The notes beneath the pieces were generated by a model. That model was not told where the DNA came from. It worked only from the letters and a program-made list of their open reading frames with translations, and made no database searches. Positions 19,106 through 27,048 of a DNA stretch of 32,000 nt are shown in pieces. Source of the stretch: Demequinaceae bacterium. GTDB lineage: Bacteria; Actinomycetota; Actinomycetes; Actinomycetales; Demequinaceae. Where the stretch lies: NCBI GenBank assembly GCA_965250005.1, contig OZ252279.1, positions 1,020,001-1,052,000 of the forward strand, given 5' to 3'. Position 1 is the stretch's first letter, and each line of letters begins with the position of its first letter. The translations under genes were made by a program, and so were the position numbers.

Positions 19106-19130
19106 GGGCCCCGGCCATTGGCCGGGGCCC
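19106..19130 (-). terminator. Terminator-like hairpin of the tRNA-fMet transcript
   Basis: Perfect 11-bp stem GGGCCCCGGCC-ATT-GGCCGGGGCCC; minus strand continues TTTGC. Lies 6 nt beyond the tRNA 3' end. Confidence 0.75.
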
Positions 19131-19136
19131 AACTTG

Positions 19137-19210
19137 TAGCGGGGACAGGATTTGAACCTGCGACCTCCGGGTTATGAGCCCGGCGAGCTACCGAACTGCT
19201 CCACCCCGCG
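19137..19210 (-). tRNA. Initiator tRNA-fMet (CAT anticodon)
   Basis: Minus strand CGCGGGGTGGAGCAGTTCGGTAGCTCGCCGGGCTCATAACCCGGAGGTCGCAGGTTCAAATCCTGTCCCCGCTA: cloverleaf complete, CAT anticodon, unpaired C1-T72, and GGG/CCC pairs in the anticodon stem, all initiator hallmarks. CCA not encoded. Confidence 0.96.
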
Positions 19211-19279
19211 TCGGTGAGCCCAACTCTACGCGACAGCGAGCGCGCGACAAAATCGGAACACACCACTAGATTTGATCTC

Positions 19280-20002
19280 ATGGCAAACGACCCGTTCCTA
19301 AACCCGTCCAACCGCGAATTTGGCGCTCCGCCGCCTCTTGGCACCACACCGCCTCCACCTGGTGCTCCACCGCAGCGAGGTTGGATGGCCGCCGCGCCCA
19401 CGGGCCTGACCGCGGCTACCATTTGGCTCACGGGGGCATACACGGTGATCACGCTGGTGCAGACGGCGCTAACAGTGACCGAGATTGACGTGCTCGAGCG
19501 CACCGGCCAGAACAGCACCGGCACCGCAGCCCTGGGATTGTTCGGCCAAGTGATTGCACTCGCGTCCTACGTCGTGATCGCGCTGTGGATGACGGCGATC
19601 TACAAAAACCTTGTAGCGCACGGTGTGGCGCAGCCGCTCCACCGCATCTGGGCATGGTTTGCATGGATGGTGCCGCTAGCGAACTACGTGCTCCCCCTGA
19701 TCTACATGCGTGGACTCAATCAGACTGCCAAGAGCATCGCCTTGTGGCCGTGGTGGATCGCTTGGTGCGCAATGTGGACCGTGAGTATTGGCTCAGGCCT
19801 CGCCCTGCTCGACGGACTTGACTTCGGTGCGATTGAGACCGACCCCAACGCGTCTCCTTTCAAGGACGGCGCTCTCGATAACTTCGGCACGTATGTGTGG
19901 GCTTCGTCGATTCTGCTCGTGATCGCGTGGGTCTTCCTTGTCAAACTTGTGCGCGACATCAACACTCGCCACCTCCCAAGCCAGGCAGGCCTCATCACCT
20001 AA
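19280..20002 (+). CDS. DUF4328 domain-containing membrane protein
   Basis: Pro-rich N-terminus then TM segments with LYMRGLNQTAKSIALWPWWIAWCAMW-type motif typical of DUF4328; ATG at 19280 preferred over ORF start 19214, which lies next to the tRNA. Confidence 0.78.
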   Translation: MANDPFLNPSNREFGAPPPLGTTPPPPGAPPQRGWMAAAPTGLTAATIWLTGAYTVITLVQTALTVTEIDVLERTGQNSTGTAALGLFGQVIALASYVVIALWMTAIYKNLVAHGVAQPLHRIWAWFAWMVPLANYVLPLIYMRGLNQTAKSIALWPWWIAWCAMWTVSIGSGLALLDGLDFGAIETDPNASPFKDGALDNFGTYVWASSILLVIAWVFLVKLVRDINTRHLPSQAGLIT

Positions 20003-20018
20003 CACTAAAGGTGCAGCG

Positions 20019-20063
20019 AAGGCGGGGGCCCAAGACCATTTGTGTGTCTTGGGCCCCCGCCTT
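20019..20063. terminator. Bidirectional terminator between convergent genes
   Basis: Perfect 17-bp inverted repeat AAGGCGGGGGCCCAAGA / TCTTGGGCCCCCGCCTT with 11-nt loop, between the DUF4328 stop (20002) and the UPF0182 stop (20105). Confidence 0.88.
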
Positions 20064-20104
20064 GTCCTAGACAGCAGGTTGGACCTGCCACCCGCAGTTC
20101 TGTT

Positions 20105-23011
20105 CTAGTTAGAAGTGCCCGCTGCAGCATCCTCCGCCGCAGTGACCTCCTCGGCGTCGATCGCCTCCTCGGCATCAATCGCGGCTTGGAGCGCGGCCTC
20201 GAGCTTATCCTGGGCCTCTCCGTAGGCCGCGAAGTCCCCGGCGGCCAGGGCCTCCTGGCCCTCCTCGATAGCCTCAGACGCATCCGCGAGCGCCCGCTGT
20301 AGCGCTTGACGCGCCTCAGACGTCGACCCGGGATCGGGGTCAACGGGGTCGACAGGGTCGGTCGGGTCAACTGGTTCGACTTCACGCCCGAATACCTGGT
20401 CAAGCGCTCCCGTGAGCGTGTCCGCAAATCCGACCTCGTCTCCAAAGGCGACGAACACCTTGCGCAGCAGTGGGAATTGCGTGCCCTGTGAACTCTTTAC
20501 GTAGACGGGCTGCACGTACAGCAGCCCACCGCCAACCGGAAGCGTCAGCATGTTGCCGTTCTCCACGTCCGTTTCACCCTGACGGAGCAGGTTGAGGACG
20601 TTCTGCGCTTCCGGGTTCGAGTTGAAGGCGTTCTGAACTTGGCCGGGCCCGGGGACCGTCGAGTCGCGCGGCAATTCGAGAACACGTAGCTTCCCATAGT
20701 CCGCATCTGGCTGCCCAGCGATGTTGCCTGGCTCCGAGTTGACGGCGAGGAAGCCAGTAAGCACGTTGCGGTCCGAATTACCGCCCGGGATGTAAGACGA
20801 CGTCAGCGAGAACACCGGCGTGGTCTGCCCCGGCATCTGCAGCGTCAGGTAGTACGGCGGCTGCACTTCGCGCTCGCCTTCAGTCGGGTCGTTCGGCACT
20901 TCCCAGAAGTCCTGGCCCGAGTAGAAAGACGCCGCGTCGGTCACGTGATAGGTCGCGAGCTGCAAGCGCTGGAATTCGAAGAGGGTTTCCGGGTAGCGCA
21001 AGTGGCTCATCAATTCTGAAGAGATCTCGGAGACGGGCGTAAACGAGTCCGGGTAGACGTTCTGCCATGTTTGGAGCAGCGGGTCCTCGGGATCCCAGGC
21101 GTAGAGCGTCACCGAGCCGTCGTATGCGTCTACCGTCGCCTTGACCGAGTTACGGATATAGCTCATCTCGTAGACCGTGGTGGGGCTCGTGGGAATCGGC
21201 AAGCGGGCAGAGTAAGGAAGATTGTCGGTTGTGGTGAAGCCATCGACAACCCACACGACGCGGCCATCAACCACTGCCGGGTAGGTATTGGCGTCGAACA
21301 GCAGGTACGGCGCCACGCGGCGCACACGGTCGACCGGGTCGCGGTGGAAAAGCACCTGCGAATCCGTGGTCACCCGGTCCGAGAAAAGCATCTGCTCCTC
21401 GCCGAACTTGATCGAGAAGAAGAGCTTGTCGAGGACCCCGCCAACGCGCGGGCCCCCGTCACCGGAATAGGTCGTGTTGACCTGCCCAGTCGACGAGGAA
21501 TCGTCCGGGAAATCAAGCTCCCACGGCTCGGCACCCTCAGGCGATCCAACAATCGAGTAGCCAGGGAGTCTGCGCCCAAAGTAGATGCGCGGCTCGTAGT
21601 CGCCGATGTCCCCAATAGACGGGATGCCCGATTGGAAGAACGTGGGCTGGCCGTCCTCGTTCGTGGTGTTACCGTATGCGGCGACCACGCCGAACCCGTG
21701 TGTGAACACGGTGTGGTCGTTAATCCACGAGCGGTTTTCAGCGGAAAGTCCGTCCAGGTTCAGTTCACGCACGGCTATGACCGTGTCGCGGGACTCACCG
21801 TTGATCACGTAGCGGTCAACCGAGAGCTCATCGGGGAAGTTGTAGTACTGCTTGTTCTGCTGAAGTTGCTGGAATGCGGGAGAGACGATGTTGGGGTCGA
21901 GCAACCGGATGGACGCGGTGGTCACTGCTTCCTCGCGCAGTCCAGGCCTTAGCGCGTTGGTCTCAGCGTCGTACGCCGTGTACTCGATGTCATCGAGGCC
22001 CCAGGCGAAGAGCGTCGCATCAATGTTGCGCTGGATGAACTCCGCCTCAAATTCTTGCGCATTGGGTTCCACCTGGAATCGCTGAACGACCGCCGGATAG
22101 ATGCTCCCAACGACGAGCCAGGACAGCACCATGAGCGTTACGCCCAGCAGCGGCACGCGCCAGTCCGGGCGGAAGAGGACCGCAAGGAACATGAGCGCCA
22201 CCACGATGGCGATTCCCGCGAGAATTCCTCGTGCTGGCAGGACAGCATTGATGTCCGTGTAACTCGCGCCGTCCCAGTTGTCGCCCGTCTTGGTCAGCAG
22301 GGAGTAGCGGCTGAGCCATATCTTGAGCGCGATAACGAGCATGACGACTGCGCCGAGGATCGCGAGCTGGAATCGCGCCACTCCGGTGGCGACAAAACTC
22401 CGGCCGCCCGTGGTGATTGCGCCGTACAGCATGTGAACGAACGCGGACAAGAAGGTGGACAACAGCAAAACGGCGAGAACGAAGTTTACGAATACGTTGA
22501 TCGCCGGAAGCGTGAACACGAAGAATGAGAGATCGAACCCGAACTGCGGGTCTTGCATGCCAAAGTCAACGGCGTTCCACCACGCGAGGATGGTCTGCCA
22601 TTCAGAAGCGACGACGACGCCTGCGATAAGGCCGATCAGCACGGGCACCACGATGGTGGCCACGCGCTCGATCGGTTGAATCTGCTCGCGGTAAGCGTCC
22701 AAGGGTCCGCGAGCAGCGGCTGCACCGCGCGGCCGCGCCTTGCGTGCGATCCACAGCGACAGCCACAGCGTGACACTCGCGATCGTCGCAAATATCAAGA
22801 AGAGGGCCAGTTTGGTTGTCCACTCCGTGCGCCAGACCTGCTCAAAGCCGACTTGGCGGAACCACAGGACCTCGGTCCACACGTTGGCGAATGCCACCAA
22901 CAAGATGACGCTTACGAGCACCGCCACAAGCGCAATAGACAAAGGTGACCGGCGGCGCGGGACGCGCACAGGTCGGGCTGGGCGGGCGGGGCGATCTTCG
23001 CTAAACGTCAA
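20105..23011 (-). CDS. UPF0182 family membrane protein
   Basis: 968 aa; N-terminal multi-TM region, then VQRFQVEPNAQEFEAEFIQRNIDATLFAWGLDDIEYTAYDAE, NSWINDHTVFTHGFGVVAAYGN, YLLFDANTYPAVVDGRVVWVVDGFTTTDNLPYS, all characteristic of UPF0182. Confidence 0.93.
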   Translation of the reverse strand: MTFSEDRPARPARPVRVPRRRSPLSIALVAVLVSVILLVAFANVWTEVLWFRQVGFEQVWRTEWTTKLALFLIFATIASVTLWLSLWIARKARPRGAAAARGPLDAYREQIQPIERVATIVVPVLIGLIAGVVVASEWQTILAWWNAVDFGMQDPQFGFDLSFFVFTLPAINVFVNFVLAVLLLSTFLSAFVHMLYGAITTGGRSFVATGVARFQLAILGAVVMLVIALKIWLSRYSLLTKTGDNWDGASYTDINAVLPARGILAGIAIVVALMFLAVLFRPDWRVPLLGVTLMVLSWLVVGSIYPAVVQRFQVEPNAQEFEAEFIQRNIDATLFAWGLDDIEYTAYDAETNALRPGLREEAVTTASIRLLDPNIVSPAFQQLQQNKQYYNFPDELSVDRYVINGESRDTVIAVRELNLDGLSAENRSWINDHTVFTHGFGVVAAYGNTTNEDGQPTFFQSGIPSIGDIGDYEPRIYFGRRLPGYSIVGSPEGAEPWELDFPDDSSSTGQVNTTYSGDGGPRVGGVLDKLFFSIKFGEEQMLFSDRVTTDSQVLFHRDPVDRVRRVAPYLLFDANTYPAVVDGRVVWVVDGFTTTDNLPYSARLPIPTSPTTVYEMSYIRNSVKATVDAYDGSVTLYAWDPEDPLLQTWQNVYPDSFTPVSEISSELMSHLRYPETLFEFQRLQLATYHVTDAASFYSGQDFWEVPNDPTEGEREVQPPYYLTLQMPGQTTPVFSLTSSYIPGGNSDRNVLTGFLAVNSEPGNIAGQPDADYGKLRVLELPRDSTVPGPGQVQNAFNSNPEAQNVLNLLRQGETDVENGNMLTLPVGGGLLYVQPVYVKSSQGTQFPLLRKVFVAFGDEVGFADTLTGALDQVFGREVEPVDPTDPVDPVDPDPGSTSEARQALQRALADASEAIEEGQEALAAGDFAAYGEAQDKLEAALQAAIDAEEAIDAEEVTAAEDAAAGTSN

Positions 23012-23065
23012 GGCCGTGGGTCCTTATCGATGGTGTCGAACATTTGTAGTTCTAGCGTGCCACAC

Positions 23066-24214
23066 TCAAGCGCACGTGGGGAGCCGGTCCGTGCGCCCTT
23101 CGCCAATAGCGATAAGTGCGTCGTACGCGTCTCCCAAGCCCTCCACCGACACAACGGCAAGCCCATCGGGAATGTTGCCGACAACTTGGGCGCAGTTCTC
23201 GGCGGGGGCGAGGAACCACTCAGCGCCGTCTCGAGCGGCCCCAGCGAGCTTGATTTCAATCCCACCGATGGGGCCAACATCGCCGTCGAGGTCGATCGTG
23301 CCGGTGCCGGCGACGCTTGCGCCGCCGAGTTCGTCGAGTGGAGTAAGGGTGTCCATGATCGCGAGCGCGAACATGAGCCCCGCGCTGGGCCCGCCCACAT
23401 CGTCGATCGCAACGTCTACGTCCACGGGGATATCGAAATCGGGCCTGATCCAGATACCCATGAGTGCGCCGCCGTCGCCGTCATCGATCGTCGCGAACGA
23501 AACCGTGGTTTCACTGCCCGCGCGATCAACCATCACGTCGATAGAGTCACCGCCGCCCACGTCTCCAAGAATCCTCGAGATATCCGCATACGAGACGATG
23601 CGCTGACCTTCGATACCCACAATCGTATCGCCAACGGCGAGAGCACCGTGCGCGTGAGAGATCTCCATGATCTCGACCACATTGAGCATCACCGGCACCT
23701 CAATTCCCAACTCCTCGAGCGCAGACACTGCTGCGCGTTGCTGCGACGTCACCCATTCGTCCGCGGCCTGGGTTTCTTCACCACTGGGCGTAGGAGCGAG
23801 GAGCGACTCCGGGAAGATGTGTTCCGTCGACGAGAACCAGCCCCGAATGACGGGCCCCAGGGTCATGCGAGCGGTGGACCCGCGCTTTTGCGAGACTGTC
23901 GTGATGCGCAATTCGCCCGTCGACTCGTACGTCTGAGCGCCAGCAATCGTGAGGAGGGGTCCGGTGTCCGCGTCAAGGATGTCGAATGTGGGCCCAGGTT
24001 GGTTGATTGCGTACGGCATGGGCAGAATTGTCATCACCGAGGCAAGCAGGGCTGCGGCCATTCCGCTAAGCGCCATGACCACGACGCGCGGCGATGACGC
24101 GCGCGGGCGCGCGTACGGCTCCCCGTTGACGGTCGGGTGCTCGAATGCAGACGCCGTCTGTGGCGGATTCTCCCAATTCACCGTCCCATCATCGCTGATG
24201 GCGAACTTCGGCAC
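23066..24214 (-). CDS. YlbL-like PDZ / Lon-type (S16) serine protease
   Basis: N-terminal TM, PDZ segment GALAVGDTIVGIEGQRIVSYADI, catalytic Ser context DDVGGPSAGLMFALAIMDTLTP and Lys context VGPIGGIEIKLAGAARDGAEWFLAPAENC. GTG start at 24214 is my choice; ORF opens at 24391. Confidence 0.88.
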   Translation of the reverse strand: MPKFAISDDGTVNWENPPQTASAFEHPTVNGEPYARPRASSPRVVVMALSGMAAALLASVMTILPMPYAINQPGPTFDILDADTGPLLTIAGAQTYESTGELRITTVSQKRGSTARMTLGPVIRGWFSSTEHIFPESLLAPTPSGEETQAADEWVTSQQRAAVSALEELGIEVPVMLNVVEIMEISHAHGALAVGDTIVGIEGQRIVSYADISRILGDVGGGDSIDVMVDRAGSETTVSFATIDDGDGGALMGIWIRPDFDIPVDVDVAIDDVGGPSAGLMFALAIMDTLTPLDELGGASVAGTGTIDLDGDVGPIGGIEIKLAGAARDGAEWFLAPAENCAQVVGNIPDGLAVVSVEGLGDAYDALIAIGEGRTDRLPTCA

Positions 24215-24282
24215 CAACCCAGCGCGCGCCGCGTTACCGTGGAGTGGCGGTACGGGCCGCTCGACATTGCTGGGGAGGTACG

Positions 24283-25614
24283 GTGACTGACGAAGACTCG
24301 CAGTGGATGAAGTTGCTCCGCGAACTCTTCGGCGATCGTGCCGAAGAGGCGGTCGAAGAGATGCGCCGCATGGGCATGGACCCCAGTGCACTCGCCGACG
24401 CTGCCGGCGTGGGGGCCACGCCCGGAATGATGGACCACGTGCTCGCGCAACTGCGCTCCCTGATGGAACAGTCAGCAGGCGAGGACGTCAACTGGACCCT
24501 CGCCCACGACGTAGCGCGCGGCGTCGCCGCTCATGGCGGTGACCCAACGGTGAGCGCAGCGTCGGCCGCTGACCATCGCGAGGCGATCACACGCGCCGAA
24601 CTGTGGCTCGACGCCGCAACAGAAATGAGCCCGTCCACCCTGAGCCCACACGTATGGAGCCACGCCGAATGGGTGGAGGCGACTTTGCCCACGTGGCGCC
24701 AGCTATCTGGCCCAGTCGCGGTCTCTGTCTCTCAGGCGCTCGGCGGACTGCTCGCCTCCGAGGCGGACGACGAGAGCGGATTACTGAATCAAGTGAGCCC
24801 GACTGTGACAGGTATGCACGTGGGTCAGGCCGCGGGGGCACTCGCACGCGAGGCGTTTGGTGGAACGGATCTGGGCCTGCTATTGCTTCCGGAGCCGCGC
24901 GCCGTCTTGGTGCCCAGGTCAATTGCTCAGTTTTCCGATGGCCTCGACATTCCCGATGACGAAGTGCGCGCATTCCTTGCCTTGCGGGAGTGCGCTCACG
25001 TCAGGCTATTCCGGCACGCTCCGTGGCTAGCCGGCCAACTTGTCGCGTCTATCGAGCGTTACGCACACGGAGTTACCATCGACCCGCGCGCGCTGGACGA
25101 AGCGGTCCAACAGGCCGGAATGGGCGACCCAGCGCGTCTCCAGCAGGCGCTCAGCCGTGGGATTTTCGCCAGCGGCCATACTGAGGAACAAGACACCATC
25201 CTCGCCAGCATCGAGACGCTGTTGGCCCTCATCGAGGGCTGGGTCGAGAACGTCACTACTGTCGCGGCCGCACCGCACCTGCCCCAGTTGCCAGCGCTGA
25301 TCGAACTGATGCGCAGGCGCCGGGCCGCGGGCGGGCCCGCCGAACACACGTTTGCGACGCTGATGGGGCTCGAGTTGAGGCCACGTCGCCTGCGCGATGC
25401 GGCAGAGATGTGGGGCGCCCTCGCGGCTAGTTCCGGTCCCGACGGCCGCGATGCAGTGTGGTCCCACCCGGATCTCCTGCCCAACGCAAACGACCTCGCG
25501 AATTGGCGCACCTGGGTCCAAAATCGGTCCACCGGTGCAGACGCCGTCGACGTGGAACTGCGGCGTTTACTAGACGCAGATCAGGGCGAAACGGGCCCGC
25601 ACACTGCGTCCTAG
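24283..25614 (+). CDS. DUF2342 / zinc-dependent metalloprotease-like protein
   Basis: VNWTLAHDVARGVAAHGGDP, FLALRECAHVRLFRHAPWLAGQLVASIERYAHG and SGIFASGHTEEQDTILASIETLLALIEGWVENV-type motifs; GTG start at 24283. Confidence 0.85.
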   Translation: MTDEDSQWMKLLRELFGDRAEEAVEEMRRMGMDPSALADAAGVGATPGMMDHVLAQLRSLMEQSAGEDVNWTLAHDVARGVAAHGGDPTVSAASAADHREAITRAELWLDAATEMSPSTLSPHVWSHAEWVEATLPTWRQLSGPVAVSVSQALGGLLASEADDESGLLNQVSPTVTGMHVGQAAGALAREAFGGTDLGLLLLPEPRAVLVPRSIAQFSDGLDIPDDEVRAFLALRECAHVRLFRHAPWLAGQLVASIERYAHGVTIDPRALDEAVQQAGMGDPARLQQALSRGIFASGHTEEQDTILASIETLLALIEGWVENVTTVAAAPHLPQLPALIELMRRRRAAGGPAEHTFATLMGLELRPRRLRDAAEMWGALAASSGPDGRDAVWSHPDLLPNANDLANWRTWVQNRSTGADAVDVELRRLLDADQGETGPHTAS

Positions 25615-25741
25615 TGCGTTGCGACACGTACGGCCCTGCCTCAGCCCATTTGTCGGCCTCTCGCCCTACCCTGGTGTTCATAGGTCCACGGGCCTGTGGA
25701 ACGGGGCACATCTGCCCCGTCGAACTAGATGGGAGAAGCTC

Positions 25742-25900
25742 ATGGGCGACAAGTACCAGGGCGATTTCTACTGCGTAAAGTGCAAAGAAAGCCGCACCAC
25801 GGAAGGTGACATCGTCGAGGCCAACGGCCGTCGCATGGCGAAGGGCGTTTGCCCCGTCTGCGGCACCAAGCTCAACCGCATGCTTGCGAAGGCGAAGTAG
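25742..25900 (+). CDS. DUF5679 small zinc-ribbon protein
   Basis: MGDKYQGDFYCVKCKESRTTEGDIVEANGRRMAKGVCPVCGTKLNRMLAKAK with two CxxC pairs; internal ATG with upstream RBS (gggaga). Confidence 0.88.
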   Translation: MGDKYQGDFYCVKCKESRTTEGDIVEANGRRMAKGVCPVCGTKLNRMLAKAK

Positions 25901-25919
25901 CCTCCAGATAGTAAACGTC

Positions 25920-25955
25920 AAGAGGCGGGCGGCCCTTACGGGCGGCCCGCCTCTT
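25920..25955. terminator. Terminator-like hairpin
   Basis: AAGAGGCGGGC ... GCCCGCCTCTT 11-bp inverted repeat followed by TGCTCT, 19 nt past the DUF5679 stop. Confidence 0.8.
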
Positions 25956-26039
25956 GCTCTGCCCGCCAAATCAATTCGCGGCCGCAGTACAGCCTGTGGA
26001 TATCTCCCACGCAGGCGTTCTCGCTGACACCCTGGTGCC

Positions 26040-26978
26040 ATGCGACTGCGCCCCGGAGTACCCGTGCTGATACGCGAGCCCGGTCATATGCAGGTCGGAA
26101 TCGCTCGCCCGTTGGGCCTCGCAAACCTCAGCGCTGAGGAGCAGCGATTTGTCACGTCGCTCGAGCAGCGGGTGACGGAAACCACGAGCCGCGAGAACGC
26201 TACGTTCGCGCATCTCCTCGAGTTGATCAAAGCTCACGGCTTCGCCGCACCACGGGATTCGCGCGGGCCGCTTCCCGGATCGCTGGTTCGGATACGCGGA
26301 GTAGACTCCGTGACCAGCGTCGCGGCGCTCGCCCTAGTAGCGGAGGGGCTAGGCGCGCTCGCCGCGAGCGATCGTCGCCCGGCAACGCCAGGAACGCGCG
26401 GCGCAGCGGCCGCGCTGTCGCGGGGTGCAGGACTCGCGCGCGCCGCGACCGACAAACAGCCACGCCTGAGGACGGCGAGCGAGCACGAACCGGCGACACT
26501 CGAGATCTTGTCGACGTCGGGCTCTCCCGCAGTTGAGGCCACCTTCGACCTCATGGCCCGTGACACGCCCCACCTGTTGATCGTGAGCGACGAGAAATCA
26601 ATACACGTGGGGCCGCTGGTGGTTCCCGGGTCTACCGCGTGCGCACGCTGCCTGGCGCTCACTCGCGCAGAAGCCGATCCCTGGTGGCCTCGGCTCGCGA
26701 TTCAGCTGAGCGACCAACGCCGCCAGCCTCAACTGCCGGCAGACGCTGCCGCGATCGCCGGCGGTATCGCCGCCCGAGTTGCGCTCGACTATCTCACGAT
26801 GGGGACGTCCGACGGGACGCGATGGGGCGTCTCGTCTCGACCGGCGCGTCCGCCGGTCCCACGAAGCTCCAGCGCGAGCAGCGGGGAAACGCTGTACTCG
26901 GCTGCGACGCGGCCTCACCCAGATTGCGGATGCGGCGCCACGGACGATCCTGCCGCCTTGCACGCTCCCGTGCCGTGA
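26040..26978 (+). CDS. Conserved actinobacterial protein resembling the TOMM cyclodehydratase scaffold (E1/ThiF-like) domain
   Basis: HLLIVSDEKSIHVGPLVVPGSTACARCLALTRAEADPWWPRLAIQL plus C-terminal HPDCGC: CxxC plus CxC zinc-site layout of the cyclodehydratase/ThiF-like fold. Start codon uncertain. Confidence 0.55.
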   Translation: MRLRPGVPVLIREPGHMQVGIARPLGLANLSAEEQRFVTSLEQRVTETTSRENATFAHLLELIKAHGFAAPRDSRGPLPGSLVRIRGVDSVTSVAALALVAEGLGALAASDRRPATPGTRGAAAALSRGAGLARAATDKQPRLRTASEHEPATLEILSTSGSPAVEATFDLMARDTPHLLIVSDEKSIHVGPLVVPGSTACARCLALTRAEADPWWPRLAIQLSDQRRQPQLPADAAAIAGGIAARVALDYLTMGTSDGTRWGVSSRPARPPVPRSSSASSGETLYSAATRPHPDCGCGATDDPAALHAPVP

Positions 26979-27048
26979 CACTCTGCGCTGCGCGGTCTCA
27001 GATGCTGCGCGGTTCCAGCACCAACGCGGTAGTCAGATCGCGCTCCCG

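Noticed and set aside
20019-20063. Long 17-bp inverted repeat considered as mobile-element end or CRISPR-like unit
   Set aside because: Single copy, located exactly between two convergent stop codons; best explained as a bidirectional terminator.
23008-23412. 134-aa minus-strand ORF between UPF0182 and YlbL-like genes
   Set aside because: Alternate frame of the YlbL-like protease; no motifs of its own.
22740-23606. 288-aa plus-strand ORF over the UPF0182/YlbL-like junction
   Set aside because: Antisense to two clear protein families with conserved motifs; Ser/Thr/Pro-rich noise.
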